Assembly: GCA_014360005.1 (NCBI GenBank)
Contig: JACIYI010000016.1
Span: 54 to 64,053, forward strand
Reading direction: 5' to 3'
From: Candidatus Aminicenantes bacterium
GTDB lineage: Bacteria > Acidobacteriota > Aminicenantia > Aminicenantales > Saccharicenantaceae
Length of the DNA stretch: 64,000 nucleotides
The notes beneath the pieces were generated by a model, which worked only from the letters and a program-made list of their open reading frames with translations, was not told where the DNA came from and ran no database searches. The first letter of the stretch is position 1. The number at the start of each line of letters is the position of its first letter. Made by a program: the position numbers and the translations under genes. This document shows positions 28,113 to 39,042 of this stretch, one piece after another.

Positions 28113-30305
28113 TTATTTATGTTCCATTTCACATTCGCCGCTGCATAGCCCCATTTCTTTGATCAGGTGGTGAGCGCCGGAAAATTTTTCCGTGATGAAC
28201 AGGACGTAACGGATATCCACGCTGATTGAGCGCTGCCATTCGGGAATGATGTAGTAATCGCCAATAACGCTTTCGTAGGTCATGTCAAAGATAATTCCCA
28301 CCTGTTCGCCTTTGGCGTTGAGGGTTGGCGAGCCAGAATTTCCGCCGGTGACGTTGGTGGTATTGAGGAAGCAGGCCGGCACCTCTTTGAGAATGGGGTC
28401 TTCAAAGCGGCCAAAGTCGCGTTTCTGGTATAGCTCTTTAAGCTTGTCCGGAACATGGAACGGGAATTCGCCAGTTTCTTTTTCCATCACGCCTTTGAGA
28501 GTGGTGATTGGTTTGTAGATGACGGCGTCGCGCGGGCTGTAACCGATGACCGGTCCATAGGTAAAACGTATGGTGCCGTTGGCGTCGGGCGCCAGCTTCC
28601 CTTCTTTCATTTCCAGGAGAGCTGCTTCGTAGAGTTTCTTGATGTCGGCTCTTTCCTGGGCCCAGGCTTTGCTTTCCTCGCGCACCACTTTGAGTTCTTT
28701 TTCCAGCTCAGCTGCCAGGTTGATAAAGGGGTCATTCACCTTCATCAATTCAGCCGGCTTCTTTTCCAGAAGTTCCAGCCGCTTCTGTGGGTCGCCGAGG
28801 ATGGTATTTTGGTAGAGATTATCCACGTATTCATCTATGGCTTTTTCTGATTTCTGGGCCAGAAGAGCTTTGAAAGCAGCGGGGACTTTATCGGCCGGCA
28901 GGTTCATCATCTTCTTGAGCTGGTGCTTGAAGAACTCGCGGTCGGTGTTAAAAACATAACCGCGTTCGGCTAACTGAATTCTCTGCTTGATGTAGGGCAG
29001 GTTGCGGTCCTGATAAGCCGCTTCGCGGTCTTTATCTGGTTTCTGCCGTTCTAAAACTGTGCGGTATACGGTGTAAGCCTGGGAAAGGACGTTGGAGCCA
29101 AAGTAGGGGCTGATGATGCTGCTAAGGAGCTCATTCTTTGAAGCAAACACATCGTAGCGCTTCATGTAGTCAGCCATCTGGTCCAGAACTTTTCCGTATT
29201 TTTTCTGGCGTTCCGGGCTGGCGTTGACCCAGGCTAAAAATTCTTTTTCCTGCTCTTTTTTGTGGGCAATCAGGTCCACTTTTTTCATGCCTTCCACTTT
29301 GCCCTGCATGTTTTTGAGTGAGTTGTAAAGGCCCCTGAGCAGGGAGGCATAGCGGATTTTAGTTTCTTTATCGCCCTTGCTGGCGTTTTCCATGAAGTTG
29401 ATGATGTCCTGGAACTCAGCCATGCGCTTGACCATGGAGTTGAAGTCATACTCTATTTCCGCGGCCAGGTTGTTGCGGTAGGTGCGGCCAGGATAGCCCA
29501 TGACAAAGGTAAAATCGCCTTCCTTTACGCCTTCGGTGGAAATCTTCAGCCAGACCTTGGGTTTGTAGGGAACGTTCTCCGGGCTGTAGTCAACGCCAAT
29601 TCCGTCTTTGGAAACGTAGGCTCTGAGGAAGGAAAAGTCGCAGGTGTGGCGGGGCCACATCCAGTTATCTACTTCTCCGCCGTAGTTGCCGAGGTCCTGG
29701 GGCGGGGCATAGACGAGGCGCACATCCTTAATCCTCTTAAACCGGTATAAATAGTACTGATTGCCGCTGTACATGCCGACAACGTTGGCTCTGATGTCGG
29801 GGCCAGTTTTTTCGGCTTCTGCTACAATTTTTTTGATGGCCGATTCAATAGCTTCGTACTTCTGCCGTGGAGTCATTTTCGGTTTGATCTTGGAAAGCAC
29901 GCGAGCCGTAACTTCTTCATAGCCAAGCAGAATATCTGCGGTGTAGCCCTGGGCCGGGATTTCCTGCTCCCGGGTCAGAGCCAGGAAACCGTCGGTGATG
30001 TAATCGTGGTCCTTGCTGGAAGCTCTCTGAAGGGCGCCAAAGGCTACGTGATGGTTGGTGAGTATAAGCCCGTCGGGGCTGACGAACTCGCCTGTGCCTC
30101 CACCCAGGTTGACCACAGCGCTCATCAAGCCGGTGCCATCTTTTTTGTAGAGGTCATCCGGGTTCATCTTGAGACCGAGCTGCTGCAGGTTGAGCATCCG
30201 CATCTGGTGCGGCATCCACATGCCTTCATCGGCAAAAACAAAGAACGGAAGGCACAGCAGACTAACCAACAGAACACCGATGATTGCTTTTACCTTAAAC
30301 CTCAT
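28113..30305 (-). CDS. Peptidase S46 family dipeptidyl peptidase (DPP7/DPP11-like), secreted
   Basis: ADEGMWMP, LTNHHV, DNWMWPRHTCDF, GYPGRT, TGGNSGSP. Confidence 0.95.
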   Translation of the reverse strand: MRFKVKAIIGVLLVSLLCLPFFVFADEGMWMPHQMRMLNLQQLGLKMNPDDLYKKDGTGLMSAVVNLGGGTGEFVSPDGLILTNHHVAFGALQRASSKDHDYITDGFLALTREQEIPAQGYTADILLGYEEVTARVLSKIKPKMTPRQKYEAIESAIKKIVAEAEKTGPDIRANVVGMYSGNQYYLYRFKRIKDVRLVYAPPQDLGNYGGEVDNWMWPRHTCDFSFLRAYVSKDGIGVDYSPENVPYKPKVWLKISTEGVKEGDFTFVMGYPGRTYRNNLAAEIEYDFNSMVKRMAEFQDIINFMENASKGDKETKIRYASLLRGLYNSLKNMQGKVEGMKKVDLIAHKKEQEKEFLAWVNASPERQKKYGKVLDQMADYMKRYDVFASKNELLSSIISPYFGSNVLSQAYTVYRTVLERQKPDKDREAAYQDRNLPYIKQRIQLAERGYVFNTDREFFKHQLKKMMNLPADKVPAAFKALLAQKSEKAIDEYVDNLYQNTILGDPQKRLELLEKKPAELMKVNDPFINLAAELEKELKVVREESKAWAQERADIKKLYEAALLEMKEGKLAPDANGTIRFTYGPVIGYSPRDAVIYKPITTLKGVMEKETGEFPFHVPDKLKELYQKRDFGRFEDPILKEVPACFLNTTNVTGGNSGSPTLNAKGEQVGIIFDMTYESVIGDYYIIPEWQRSISVDIRYVLFITEKFSGAHHLIKEMGLCSGECEMEHK

Positions 30306-30598
30306 CTTTACCTCCTGAAATATTTACTTAATGGAATAAATATTTATCAAAAGAGATTTCAGCTTCCAAGCTTTAGATAATCCTTAGAGCTAAATAATAT
30401 TTTATTATATTCTTCAAAGCAACCAGGAAAGTTACTCAACTTCCTGCGCTTATTTGCAACCCGATAGCCTATATAGATTTCTTATAACATAAAACTGCTA
30501 AAGATGACATTTTGAGCTGGGAGTCTATGTACTTTCTCGATATGCCTTACCGTCAATAAAATGCTAAAATAACATGAAAAAATTAGGAGCTGGATAGC

Positions 30599-31588
30599 AT
30601 GGCTAAACCCAAAAATACAAAGGTCCTAATTCTGTTCTGCGGTGGGACCATTGTCATGGAAGAAAAAGCTGATGGTTCGCTGGCCGTCCCGGACAGCAAG
30701 GATTCGGCCATCGATATTCTGAGAAATGTTGAGCCACGGCTGACGACCATTGCCGATTACGATATCGAGTTCATCGCCAACCTTGACAGCACCAATATCT
30801 CCCCCGCCGACTGGGACCGCATCTTGGTCAAGATAAAAGAAAACTACAGGCGCTACGACGGTTTTGTTATCACTCACGGCACCGACACCATGGCCTACAC
30901 CGCGGCCGCCCTGAGCCTGGCCATTAAAAATCTGGGCAAACCGGTAGTTCTGACCGGAAGTCAGATACCCGGCAGCAAACTTGAAAGCGACGCTAAGAGA
31001 AACCTGATCAATGCCTTTAAGGTTGCCACAATGGACAGCTCCGGAGTTTTTATTGTCTTTGATGAAAGAATTATCCTGGGCAGCAAAGCTACCAAAGCTT
31101 CCGAAAGCCGCCTGGATGCCTTCCAGACAGTCAACGGAGAAGATGCCGGAGAAATCAACATTGATATCAACATTAAAAGCTGGGTACCAAAGAGAAATAA
31201 AAACTCCCATGATATACAGATCAGGCCGGGCTTTGAACCGGACATATTTATATATACCATCAGCCCGGGTTGCGACCCGGAGGACCTGGAATTTCTCCTT
31301 CACAATAAGAAGATCAAAGGAATTATAATCAGGGCTTACGGCACCGGCAACATCCCCTCTGGTTTTGAAGGCTTTTTCAGAAAAGCCAGGGTCAAAAAAC
31401 TCCCGGTCATCGTGACTTCACAATGTCTTCATGGCAAAACGCTGATGCCTTTGTACGATGTTGGTCGGAAAGCTCTGGAGCTGGGAGCCATAGAGGGAGG
31501 CGAACAGAGCCTTGAATTTCTCTGTGCCAAGTTGATGTGGGGCCTTCGGCACCAGCCTGACCGTATTAAAGAGATAATTAACGAATAG
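30599..31588 (+). CDS. ansA: L-asparaginase, type I (cytoplasmic)
   Basis: GGTI, DST, HGTDTMAY, LTGSQIP, YGTGN, SQC motifs; no signal peptide. Confidence 0.88.
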   Translation: MAKPKNTKVLILFCGGTIVMEEKADGSLAVPDSKDSAIDILRNVEPRLTTIADYDIEFIANLDSTNISPADWDRILVKIKENYRRYDGFVITHGTDTMAYTAAALSLAIKNLGKPVVLTGSQIPGSKLESDAKRNLINAFKVATMDSSGVFIVFDERIILGSKATKASESRLDAFQTVNGEDAGEINIDINIKSWVPKRNKNSHDIQIRPGFEPDIFIYTISPGCDPEDLEFLLHNKKIKGIIIRAYGTGNIPSGFEGFFRKARVKKLPVIVTSQCLHGKTLMPLYDVGRKALELGAIEGGEQSLEFLCAKLMWGLRHQPDRIKEIINE

Positions 31589-31712
31589 AAAAAATAGGAA
31601 AATTATAAGGTGTCCAGATTTTTCGCTTCTTTTTCTTTAGCTGTGACACTTTTGTCAGGAAAAATTTGCGTTTTTGTCAAAAAAATTGGGGTATGAGTAT
31701 TGTGTCCCCCGT

Positions 31713-33122
31713 TTAGAAGGGGCCCCAATTCATCAGCACGGGAGGTATCAGGGCCAGCAGGCTGAAGACCATAAGAATCAGCATCAGCGGCAGGAACCAT
31801 TTAGCCCACTTCTCCCACGGAATCTTAGCCACGCCCAGCACGCCCATGGTAACGGCTGAAGTGGGCAGAATGGGGTTTATTACTTCGCACAGCTGGAAAG
31901 CCAGCACCGAAGTCTGCCTGGTAATTCCAACCAGGTCGCTCAGCGGGGCGATAATTGGCATGGTCAGGGCCGCCTGGGCAGTTCCCGAATGGACAAAGAA
32001 ATTAATCACCGCCTGGACTAAAAAAATTATCTGAGCCGTGAGGATAGAGGGCACAGCTGAAATAACCCCCGCCGCGCCCTGAAGCATGGTGTCCAGCACC
32101 GCCGCTTCCTTAAGGATGATGAGCACCGCCCGCCCGCCGGAGATAATCAGGGAGACATTCATCATATCTTTGGCACCGTCAACAAAGTTCCTGGCCATCT
32201 CCGACGGCCTCATCCCGGCAAAAAAACCTGAGACCAGCCCGATGCCCAGAAACAAAGCGGCAATCTCTTCCATATACCAGCCCTTTTTCAAGATGCCGTA
32301 GATTAAAAGCAGAATGCCAGCAAAAAGGGTGGCAATGATCAGTTTTTGCGATGTCCCCCACTCCTGATTTTGAGCAGAATTTTCCTGATGTAAAAGACGC
32401 TCCCGGTCCAGGTCATACACCGGACTGAGCTGCGGATTTTTTCTAACTCTTTCGGCGTAAACCATAACAAAGGCGATGGCGATGACCGTGGCCATTATCC
32501 ACAAAATCAGCCGATAACCAAGCCCCGAATATAGGGGCAGCTCGGCAAATCCCTGGGCAATGCCCACAGTGAAAGGGTTGAAAAAGGCGGCAGCAAAGCC
32601 TACCGCCGACCCGACAAAGGGAATGGCCACCCCAACCACCGAGTCATAGCCCATGGAAATGGCAAAAGGAATAAATATCAGGACAAACGGAATAGACTCT
32701 TCCGCCATGCCGTAAACACTTCCAGCCAGCGAGAAAATAATCATCAACACCGGAATAACCAGAATCCTCAGCCTGGGATTCCGCCCGAAGAAAGCTGCCA
32801 GCCGCTGAATTCCAGCATCAATAGCTCCAGATCTGGTCAGAATGCCAAAAGTCCCCCCGAAGATAAAAATCAGAAAGATGATGAGCGAGGCATCTTGAAA
32901 GCCGCGTATCGGCGCAATCAGCAGCCACTGAGGCCCGAGCCACTTTTTCTCAATCTGATGGTAGGTGCCCGGCACCGTCACCAGCCGAGTCTTGCCCTGA
33001 ACCGTCTTCTCTGCCCGGTCAAACTCCCCCGAAGGCGAAACCAGCGCCAGCAGATAAACCAGAATTACCAGCAGATAGATTAATACCAGCGTATGCGGCA
33101 GCTTAAAACTCTTTTTAGCCAT
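31713..33122 (-). CDS. YfcC-family (DcuC-like/basic amino acid antiporter) membrane transporter
   Basis: LPHTLVL, GMAEE, NPFTVGIAQ..AELP..SG, SGTAQAALTMPI, IPWEKWAKW. Confidence 0.88.
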   Translation of the reverse strand: MAKKSFKLPHTLVLIYLLVILVYLLALVSPSGEFDRAEKTVQGKTRLVTVPGTYHQIEKKWLGPQWLLIAPIRGFQDASLIIFLIFIFGGTFGILTRSGAIDAGIQRLAAFFGRNPRLRILVIPVLMIIFSLAGSVYGMAEESIPFVLIFIPFAISMGYDSVVGVAIPFVGSAVGFAAAFFNPFTVGIAQGFAELPLYSGLGYRLILWIMATVIAIAFVMVYAERVRKNPQLSPVYDLDRERLLHQENSAQNQEWGTSQKLIIATLFAGILLLIYGILKKGWYMEEIAALFLGIGLVSGFFAGMRPSEMARNFVDGAKDMMNVSLIISGGRAVLIILKEAAVLDTMLQGAAGVISAVPSILTAQIIFLVQAVINFFVHSGTAQAALTMPIIAPLSDLVGITRQTSVLAFQLCEVINPILPTSAVTMGVLGVAKIPWEKWAKWFLPLMLILMVFSLLALIPPVLMNWGPF

Positions 33123-33479
33123 CCTGCCCTCTTAATTTTTTTCAGCCAATTTTACCTTAATAAACTCATAATAGGCAAAAATTTAAGAAATCTGAAATAT
33201 AAAAAAGAAGTAGCCAATTTAAGAGCCCAGCTTGATTACCGGAACGATTACTAACATCGAATGAACTCTTAGGATATCCACTTATTACCCTGGCCTTATG
33301 AAACTAGAAGGCCTTTCGTTCTGCCTGGGGTTGGAATTAGACAATGTCTTAGGGCTAATAAAAAACATGGCAATAATCATAAGAAAAAGATAAAACCTTA
33401 GGATAAATATTAATCAATTAAGACGTCTTTATTAATTATATAGCTTTTGTTAACAAAATAATTCCAGATCAGCCCGGGC

Positions 33480-34400
33480 TCAGCGGTGGAAGCTTTCGCC
33501 GATGAACTTCAGGCCTTCCAGGATACCCGTCCGCCAGTAACTCCAGGTGTGGCCGCCGTCACGGACCCGGAATTCATGCGGTACCTTGCGGTCGCGCAGG
33601 GCCACATGCAGGGCAGCGTTCCCCTTATAGAGAAAGTCATCGTCACCGCAGTCAAGGTAAAAGCGCACAGTTTTTATTTTTTCCACCGGCAAGGTCTTCA
33701 CCAGCTCCAGCGGGTTATAGCTCCGGAAGTGAGCGGTCAGGCGGTCCTTGCCTTTAAGGCCGGGGCCAAAAAGCGGGGCAAAAATTCTCTCGTAGACTTT
33801 TTCATCCGTGACCATGACTTCTTCATCGGTCCAGACCGCGGCGCTGAAAGCAGCGGCGGCGGCAAACATTTTCGGATGCCGCAGAGCATAAATTAACGTG
33901 CCCCAGCCACCCATGGACAGGCCGGCTATTCCCCGAAACTCTTTCATCGGCCTGGTGCGATAAGTGGCATCGATGTGAGGAATGAACTCCTGAAAGAAGA
34001 AATCCTCGTAGCGCACCTTCCCCTTATAATCATTTATGTACCAGCTCACTCCCCCGTCGGGCATGACGATAATCATCGGTGGTATCTCCCGCTCAGCAAT
34101 AGCCCGGTCAACCGTTAGATGGACTTCTCCAAATTGCAGCCAGCCTGTGTCGTTATCAGTATAGCCGTGAAGCAGGTAAACAACTGGATAACGCCGGCTG
34201 GAGGTCTGGTAATCGGGCGGAAGATAAATCGTATACCGCACTTCTTTTCCCAGTATCTTGCTCTCCACTTTTAGCCCTTCCTGTACCTGCCCGGCTGGGT
34301 AAACGTCCTGGGACCGAAGCTCAGCCCCAAAAAAAGCTAAAAGCCAAAGGATTAAAATAATAAAATGACCGTTCGTCTTTAAACAAAATTTTCTTTTCAT
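33480..34400 (-). CDS. Secreted alpha/beta-hydrolase esterase (putative esterase family)
   Basis: YPVVYLLHG, GLSMGG nucleophile elbow, DCGDDD, GGHTWSYW. Confidence 0.9.
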   Translation of the reverse strand: MKRKFCLKTNGHFIILILWLLAFFGAELRSQDVYPAGQVQEGLKVESKILGKEVRYTIYLPPDYQTSSRRYPVVYLLHGYTDNDTGWLQFGEVHLTVDRAIAEREIPPMIIVMPDGGVSWYINDYKGKVRYEDFFFQEFIPHIDATYRTRPMKEFRGIAGLSMGGWGTLIYALRHPKMFAAAAAFSAAVWTDEEVMVTDEKVYERIFAPLFGPGLKGKDRLTAHFRSYNPLELVKTLPVEKIKTVRFYLDCGDDDFLYKGNAALHVALRDRKVPHEFRVRDGGHTWSYWRTGILEGLKFIGESFHR

Positions 34401-34589
34401 TTCTTCTCTCTCACTTTTTAGACTTTCAAATAAGTTTTTTGCTTTCCAGAATAATTGATAATTATAAAACCCTGCCTTATCAAAGCCAAATTCCCACTTA
34501 TTTAGAAATTTTATCTTTTAACCGTTTAATATTTTCTCTTAATTTTTTAGAGCCTTCTAAATAACCTTTTTCAATAATCTCCAGGTAGC

Positions 34590-36173
34590 TCAGATTCCGC
34601 TGGCTTGGGTTAAGGTTCCTTCTACTTTGAAAATTTCATTATTATTAATGGCCAGAAAGTGAAAGGTCTCAGAGCCATTAAATTCTACCCGGCTCAAAAT
34701 TTTATCAAAGAGATGACTTTCCACCCCATCAGCCACTATTAATTCTTTGTTTCCCCTAACAGCCACATAAGCCAAGTGCCGGCTATCCGAACTGAAAACA
34801 GGCTCGTGTTTTGCCTCAAAAAGCAAGCTATTAGAAAAATCAAATAGAGGCCCTTCTACCCCATTAACTACCATTAAAACACCCTTGCTTTTTCTGACCC
34901 AGTAAGCCAGCCTTTGCCCATCAGGGCTGAAAATCCAGGGGGTAATTATTTCTTCAAAACTCTTAACCTTTTGGCCATCCAAAAAAAGACCAACCGAATC
35001 CATTCCATCACGGGCAGTATATATTACTTTTTTGCTATCAGGACCGAAACCCAGACTAACTACAAACTGATGGCTGGTTAATTCCTTTCCATCAACCACC
35101 ACCGTTTCCTTCTGATTCAATAAGGCTGAATAAGCTATATGCCTTGAATCCGGGCTGAAAATGAAATGGTTGATCATATCGTACTGCTTGCTCTCTTTGC
35201 CATCCACCACCAGCACCTGTTTCTGACCGATATCGGCAACGTAGGCCAGATGCTGACCATCTGGGCTGAAACCCATCTTGTCAATCATCTGATATTCAGG
35301 GCCTTCAGTTCCATTCACCACCACTAACTGATTTCCGTTGTGGAAGGCAATATAGGCTATTTTCTGACTATCAGGACTCCACATTAGATTTTCAATTTGC
35401 TCATAAGGCTTACCTTCTTTACCGTCAACCACCACTAAAAATTTTCCATTTTTCCTGGCGACAAAGGCTAACTTTTTACTATCAGGACTGAAGATAGGAG
35501 AAGAGCTGATTGCCTCATAACTCTGTCCATTCTGGCTATCTACTACTACCAGTTCTTTTTCTCCATTGATCGCTATATAGGCCAATCGCAGACTGTCAGG
35601 GCTAAAAACCGGCGAATATTTTTTTACGCTATGACCGATAGGGCCTGGAGTGCTTTCACCAATCCAATCAAAAACGGGACCTTCTTTACCGTTGACAACA
35701 ACTGTTGCTTTTAATTTAGCTTTATCTTCACCTTTGGCCGCCCAATAAGCAATTTTTTTACCGTCAGGACTATAAGTAATAAGTCTTATGTTCGAGTATG
35801 GCTGTCCTTCTTGGCCGTTAACCACAATAAAAGCTTTTCCCTTTTTCCAGGCTCCATAGGCAGCCGTTTTTCCATCAGGACTGAAAATTGAATTAGGCAT
35901 ATGAAGGCCATCATATTCTTTTCCGGCAATTCCATCTATAACCATAAAATATTTTTCGCCCCTCTTGACCGCATAAGCTACTCGCTGGGCCTTTAAATTG
36001 AAACGAAGGGTTTCAGGCACTATACCAGGATTTATTTTCCCCAGTGAAATCTCCTTAAGCCTTATTCGAGTATTCTCCCCGCCGCCCGCTGTCAGAAAGA
36101 AAGTAAAAATCAAACTCAAACTCAAAGTCGATATTAAAGCATACTTTACAGAAAATCTTAATCTTATATTCAT
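34590..36173 (-). CDS. Secreted WD40-like (PD40/TolB-like) repeat beta-propeller protein
   Basis: About 10-12 repeats of FSPD(G/S)..(L/I)AY.A......VV(D/N)G.EG..Y..I; N-terminal signal/anchor. Confidence 0.85.
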   Translation of the reverse strand: MNIRLRFSVKYALISTLSLSLIFTFFLTAGGGENTRIRLKEISLGKINPGIVPETLRFNLKAQRVAYAVKRGEKYFMVIDGIAGKEYDGLHMPNSIFSPDGKTAAYGAWKKGKAFIVVNGQEGQPYSNIRLITYSPDGKKIAYWAAKGEDKAKLKATVVVNGKEGPVFDWIGESTPGPIGHSVKKYSPVFSPDSLRLAYIAINGEKELVVVDSQNGQSYEAISSSPIFSPDSKKLAFVARKNGKFLVVVDGKEGKPYEQIENLMWSPDSQKIAYIAFHNGNQLVVVNGTEGPEYQMIDKMGFSPDGQHLAYVADIGQKQVLVVDGKESKQYDMINHFIFSPDSRHIAYSALLNQKETVVVDGKELTSHQFVVSLGFGPDSKKVIYTARDGMDSVGLFLDGQKVKSFEEIITPWIFSPDGQRLAYWVRKSKGVLMVVNGVEGPLFDFSNSLLFEAKHEPVFSSDSRHLAYVAVRGNKELIVADGVESHLFDKILSRVEFNGSETFHFLAINNNEIFKVEGTLTQASGI

Positions 36174-36485
36174 GCTTATACACCTCTTTTTGTATTGTAA
36201 TCTTTACCTGCCGTAAAGTAAACGCTTTCTAACTTTATTAACTTTTTCAATTTAATATTTTTAAAACTGTTTTAGGATTCGGGCGGTGATTTTAAGCAGA
36301 TTTATTAAATTACAAGAGGAAAAAGAGGCAATCATCCCTTAAGAAATTTTATTTTAAACTAAAATTTTGATAAAAATATTAATGCCTGATAAACCTGATA
36401 AAAAGGAAATTGTAGCCAATAACTATATGATTCATATTTAGGTAGCTGGACATAAAGCTATAATTAATTTATAATTCATGAGCTT

Positions 36486-36560
36486 CGGGGAGTAGCGCAG
36501 CCTGGCCAGCGCACAGCGTTCGGGACGCTGGGGTCGTGGGTTCAAATCCCACCTCCCCGA
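36486..36560 (+). tRNA. tRNA-Pro (CGG)
   Basis: Acceptor CGGGGAG/CTCCCCG, anticodon arm CAGCG-TTCGGGA-CGCTG, T-loop GTTCAAATC. Confidence 0.95.
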
Positions 36561-36749
36561 TTCTTTTATCCTTTAATTTTACCTGCGCCAAGCCATCCTG
36601 ATTAGACAAACCGAAGCCTTCCCGCTTTACTGTATTCAATCCGCCCGTTGCCTTCCTGCCATCCGTCCGTTTCCGGCCTGAAATTTCCTGTTGTAATTTT
36701 TGCAGAATTAAGTATATTCAAATTGTATCTCAAAGGAGGGCCTGACCTT

Positions 36750-37289
36750 ATGATCAAGGAAATTTCCGGGGTAATTATCGAGTGTCTTCAGGGTAACATC
36801 GCCGCCCAACCTGATATCACTGCTATCGTCAACGCCGCCAACGCCCAGCTACGACCGGGAGGCGGAGTAGCTGGAGCTATTCACCGGGCCGCCGGACCCG
36901 GCCTGGAAGAAGAATGCCAACAGTATGCTCCCATTGAACCGGGCCAGGCGGTCATTACCGGCGGCCATAACCTGCCCAACAAGTACGTTATCCATACCCT
37001 GGGACCGGTTTACGGGGTGGACAAGCCTGAAGACAGGCTCCTGGCCGACTGCTACCGCAACTCTCTTCTCCTGGCTGAAGAACACGGCGTAGATTCCATT
37101 GCCTTCCCGGCCATCTCCACCGGCGTTTTCCGCTACCCCCTGGAAAAAGCCACCGAAGTTGCCCTCAAGACCGTCCTGGGAATGCTCCCGCAGTTGAAGC
37201 AGGTGAAAAAAATCAGGTTTGTTCTCTTCACTGAGTCCGACCTCATGGTCTACGAAGCCGAGCTGGCCAGATTAACTGCCGATAAATAA
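36750..37289 (+). CDS. Macro domain protein (O-acetyl-ADP-ribose deacetylase, YmdB-like)
   Basis: AIVNAAN..GGGVAGAIHRAAG, VIHTLGP, AFPAISTGVF; ATG 36750 after AAGGAGG. Confidence 0.92.
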   Translation: MIKEISGVIIECLQGNIAAQPDITAIVNAANAQLRPGGGVAGAIHRAAGPGLEEECQQYAPIEPGQAVITGGHNLPNKYVIHTLGPVYGVDKPEDRLLADCYRNSLLLAEEHGVDSIAFPAISTGVFRYPLEKATEVALKTVLGMLPQLKQVKKIRFVLFTESDLMVYEAELARLTADK

Positions 37290-37439
37290 GACTCACCTCA
37301 ATAAGAATAATACATAATTTCTGGCTCGGCCCGTAAATTTCCAGCTAAAATTGCCGCCTCCGACCGAGCTCAGCCCTTCCCTTCCCTGATTGAAATATGA
37401 AAATGCGAGGCGTATAATAAATGCCATTTTTAGCCATTC

Positions 37440-38720
37440 ATGCACCAGGAAATTAACGGAACCTCAACTCAATTGCTGCCTCGCCTTCTGGCACTGGGGA
37501 AAAAATTTTCCTGGAAACAGACTTTCTACGCCCTCAAGTATCCGAATTACCGTCTCTGGTTCTGGGGCCAGTTAATTTCGGTCTTCGGTTCCTGGATGCA
37601 GATGACGGCCCAGGCCTTCCTGATTTACGAAATCACCCGCTCCCCCGCTTACCTGGGTTATGCCGGCTTTGCTGCCGGTCTGCCCTCCTGGTTGTTCATG
37701 CTCTACGGCGGCGTGGTGGCCGACCGCATCCCCCGCCGCCGAATCCTGATCCTTACCCAAACCGTCATGATGTTACTGGCCTTTGTCCTGGCCGCCCTGG
37801 TTTTCCTGCACCTGGTCAAGCCCTGGCACATAATATTACTGGCCTTTGGCTCTGGCATGGTCAACGCCTTTGACGCCCCGGCCCGGCAGGCTTTCGTCAT
37901 GGAAATGATACAGCCCGAGGCTCTGACCAACGCCATTGCCCTTAACTCAGCCATGTTCAATTCTGCCCAGGCCCTGGGTCCGGCCGCGGGCGGAATAATC
38001 TACGCCTCCCTGGGACCAGCCTGGTGTTTTACCATTAACGGCCTCAGCTTTATCGCCGTAATCATCGCCCTGGCCCTGATGAAGTTAAAACCTTTTGAGC
38101 CCCGGCCGATTGAAAATTCGGTGATTGAAGACCTGAAAGAAGGAATTAGATACGTTATCAACCATAGGACAATTCGCCTCCTTGTCCTGACCGTGGCCAT
38201 GACCACTCTTTTCGGCCGGTCCTTAATCACCCTGCTCCCGGCCTGGGCAGTTCAGATTCTTCACGGCGATGCTCGGACCAACGGTTTCCTTCAGACCGCG
38301 AATGGAATCGGGGCCCTGGTTGGAGCCCTGTTCATCGCCTCTTTCAGCCATCACCTGTCCCGGGGCAAGCTCCTGAGCCTGGGCACACTTTTCTATCCCA
38401 TCTCAATTATTCTCTTTGCCCTGTCCCGCTTTCTCCCGCTGTCACTGGGGCTACTGCTCATTTCGGGGACTGGGGTCATCATCATCTATAACCTGTGTAA
38501 CTCCCTGGTTCAGATTCAGACACCGGAAAAGATGCGGGGCCGGGTGATGAGCATCTACAGCTTTGTCTTTTTCGGCCTGATGCCGTTTGCCGCTCTGTGG
38601 ATTGGAGCCGCGGCCAACCACTTCGGAGAAAAGCTGCCGATTATGGTCTCGGCTTTTATTTTTCTTATCTATTCCGCGGTCATCTTTTTCTTCAACAGCC
38701 AGATCCGCAAATTACGCTAA
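37440..38720 (+). CDS. MFS transporter
   Basis: GGVVADRIPRRR motif A, FDAPARQ, MRGRVMS; about 12 hydrophobic segments. Confidence 0.92.
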   Translation: MHQEINGTSTQLLPRLLALGKKFSWKQTFYALKYPNYRLWFWGQLISVFGSWMQMTAQAFLIYEITRSPAYLGYAGFAAGLPSWLFMLYGGVVADRIPRRRILILTQTVMMLLAFVLAALVFLHLVKPWHIILLAFGSGMVNAFDAPARQAFVMEMIQPEALTNAIALNSAMFNSAQALGPAAGGIIYASLGPAWCFTINGLSFIAVIIALALMKLKPFEPRPIENSVIEDLKEGIRYVINHRTIRLLVLTVAMTTLFGRSLITLLPAWAVQILHGDARTNGFLQTANGIGALVGALFIASFSHHLSRGKLLSLGTLFYPISIILFALSRFLPLSLGLLLISGTGVIIIYNLCNSLVQIQTPEKMRGRVMSIYSFVFFGLMPFAALWIGAAANHFGEKLPIMVSAFIFLIYSAVIFFFNSQIRKLR

Positions 38721-39042
38721 CCACCACCTTGGTCCGGTTGGTAAAACCTAAGTTAGCCAGATTCTTTTTGAAAGTTACAAGATTCTCCTGAATTGTAGAA
38801 CCCGGTCCACCAGGACCATGGCCAGTGGCTCAGCTTTTTCTGGAACTATTTTTATTGGTTGTCTTTGATTTGCCGGCCGGAATCTTGTTCATAATCAGGA
38901 AGTTTCCCGGCAACACCGGCATTAAGTCCCCAGACTGGAAACAGAAAACTGGCTTTATCCGAATCATAATTAATTAGCCCGGATATGGCTGCCACTTTTC
39001 CAATCAAGCGGGGCTGAAGATATTGCTCCTGGACCGGCTGAG

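Noticed and set aside
33123-36560. tRNA-anchored genomic island at tRNA-Pro(CGG)
   Set aside because: AT-rich genes lie on the 5' side of the tRNA; no integrase or duplicated tRNA 3' end seen
38721-39042. Possible ncRNA in long spacers between convergent genes (also 10751-11065, 17316-17746)
   Set aside because: No recognisable RNA family motif or convincing extended structure
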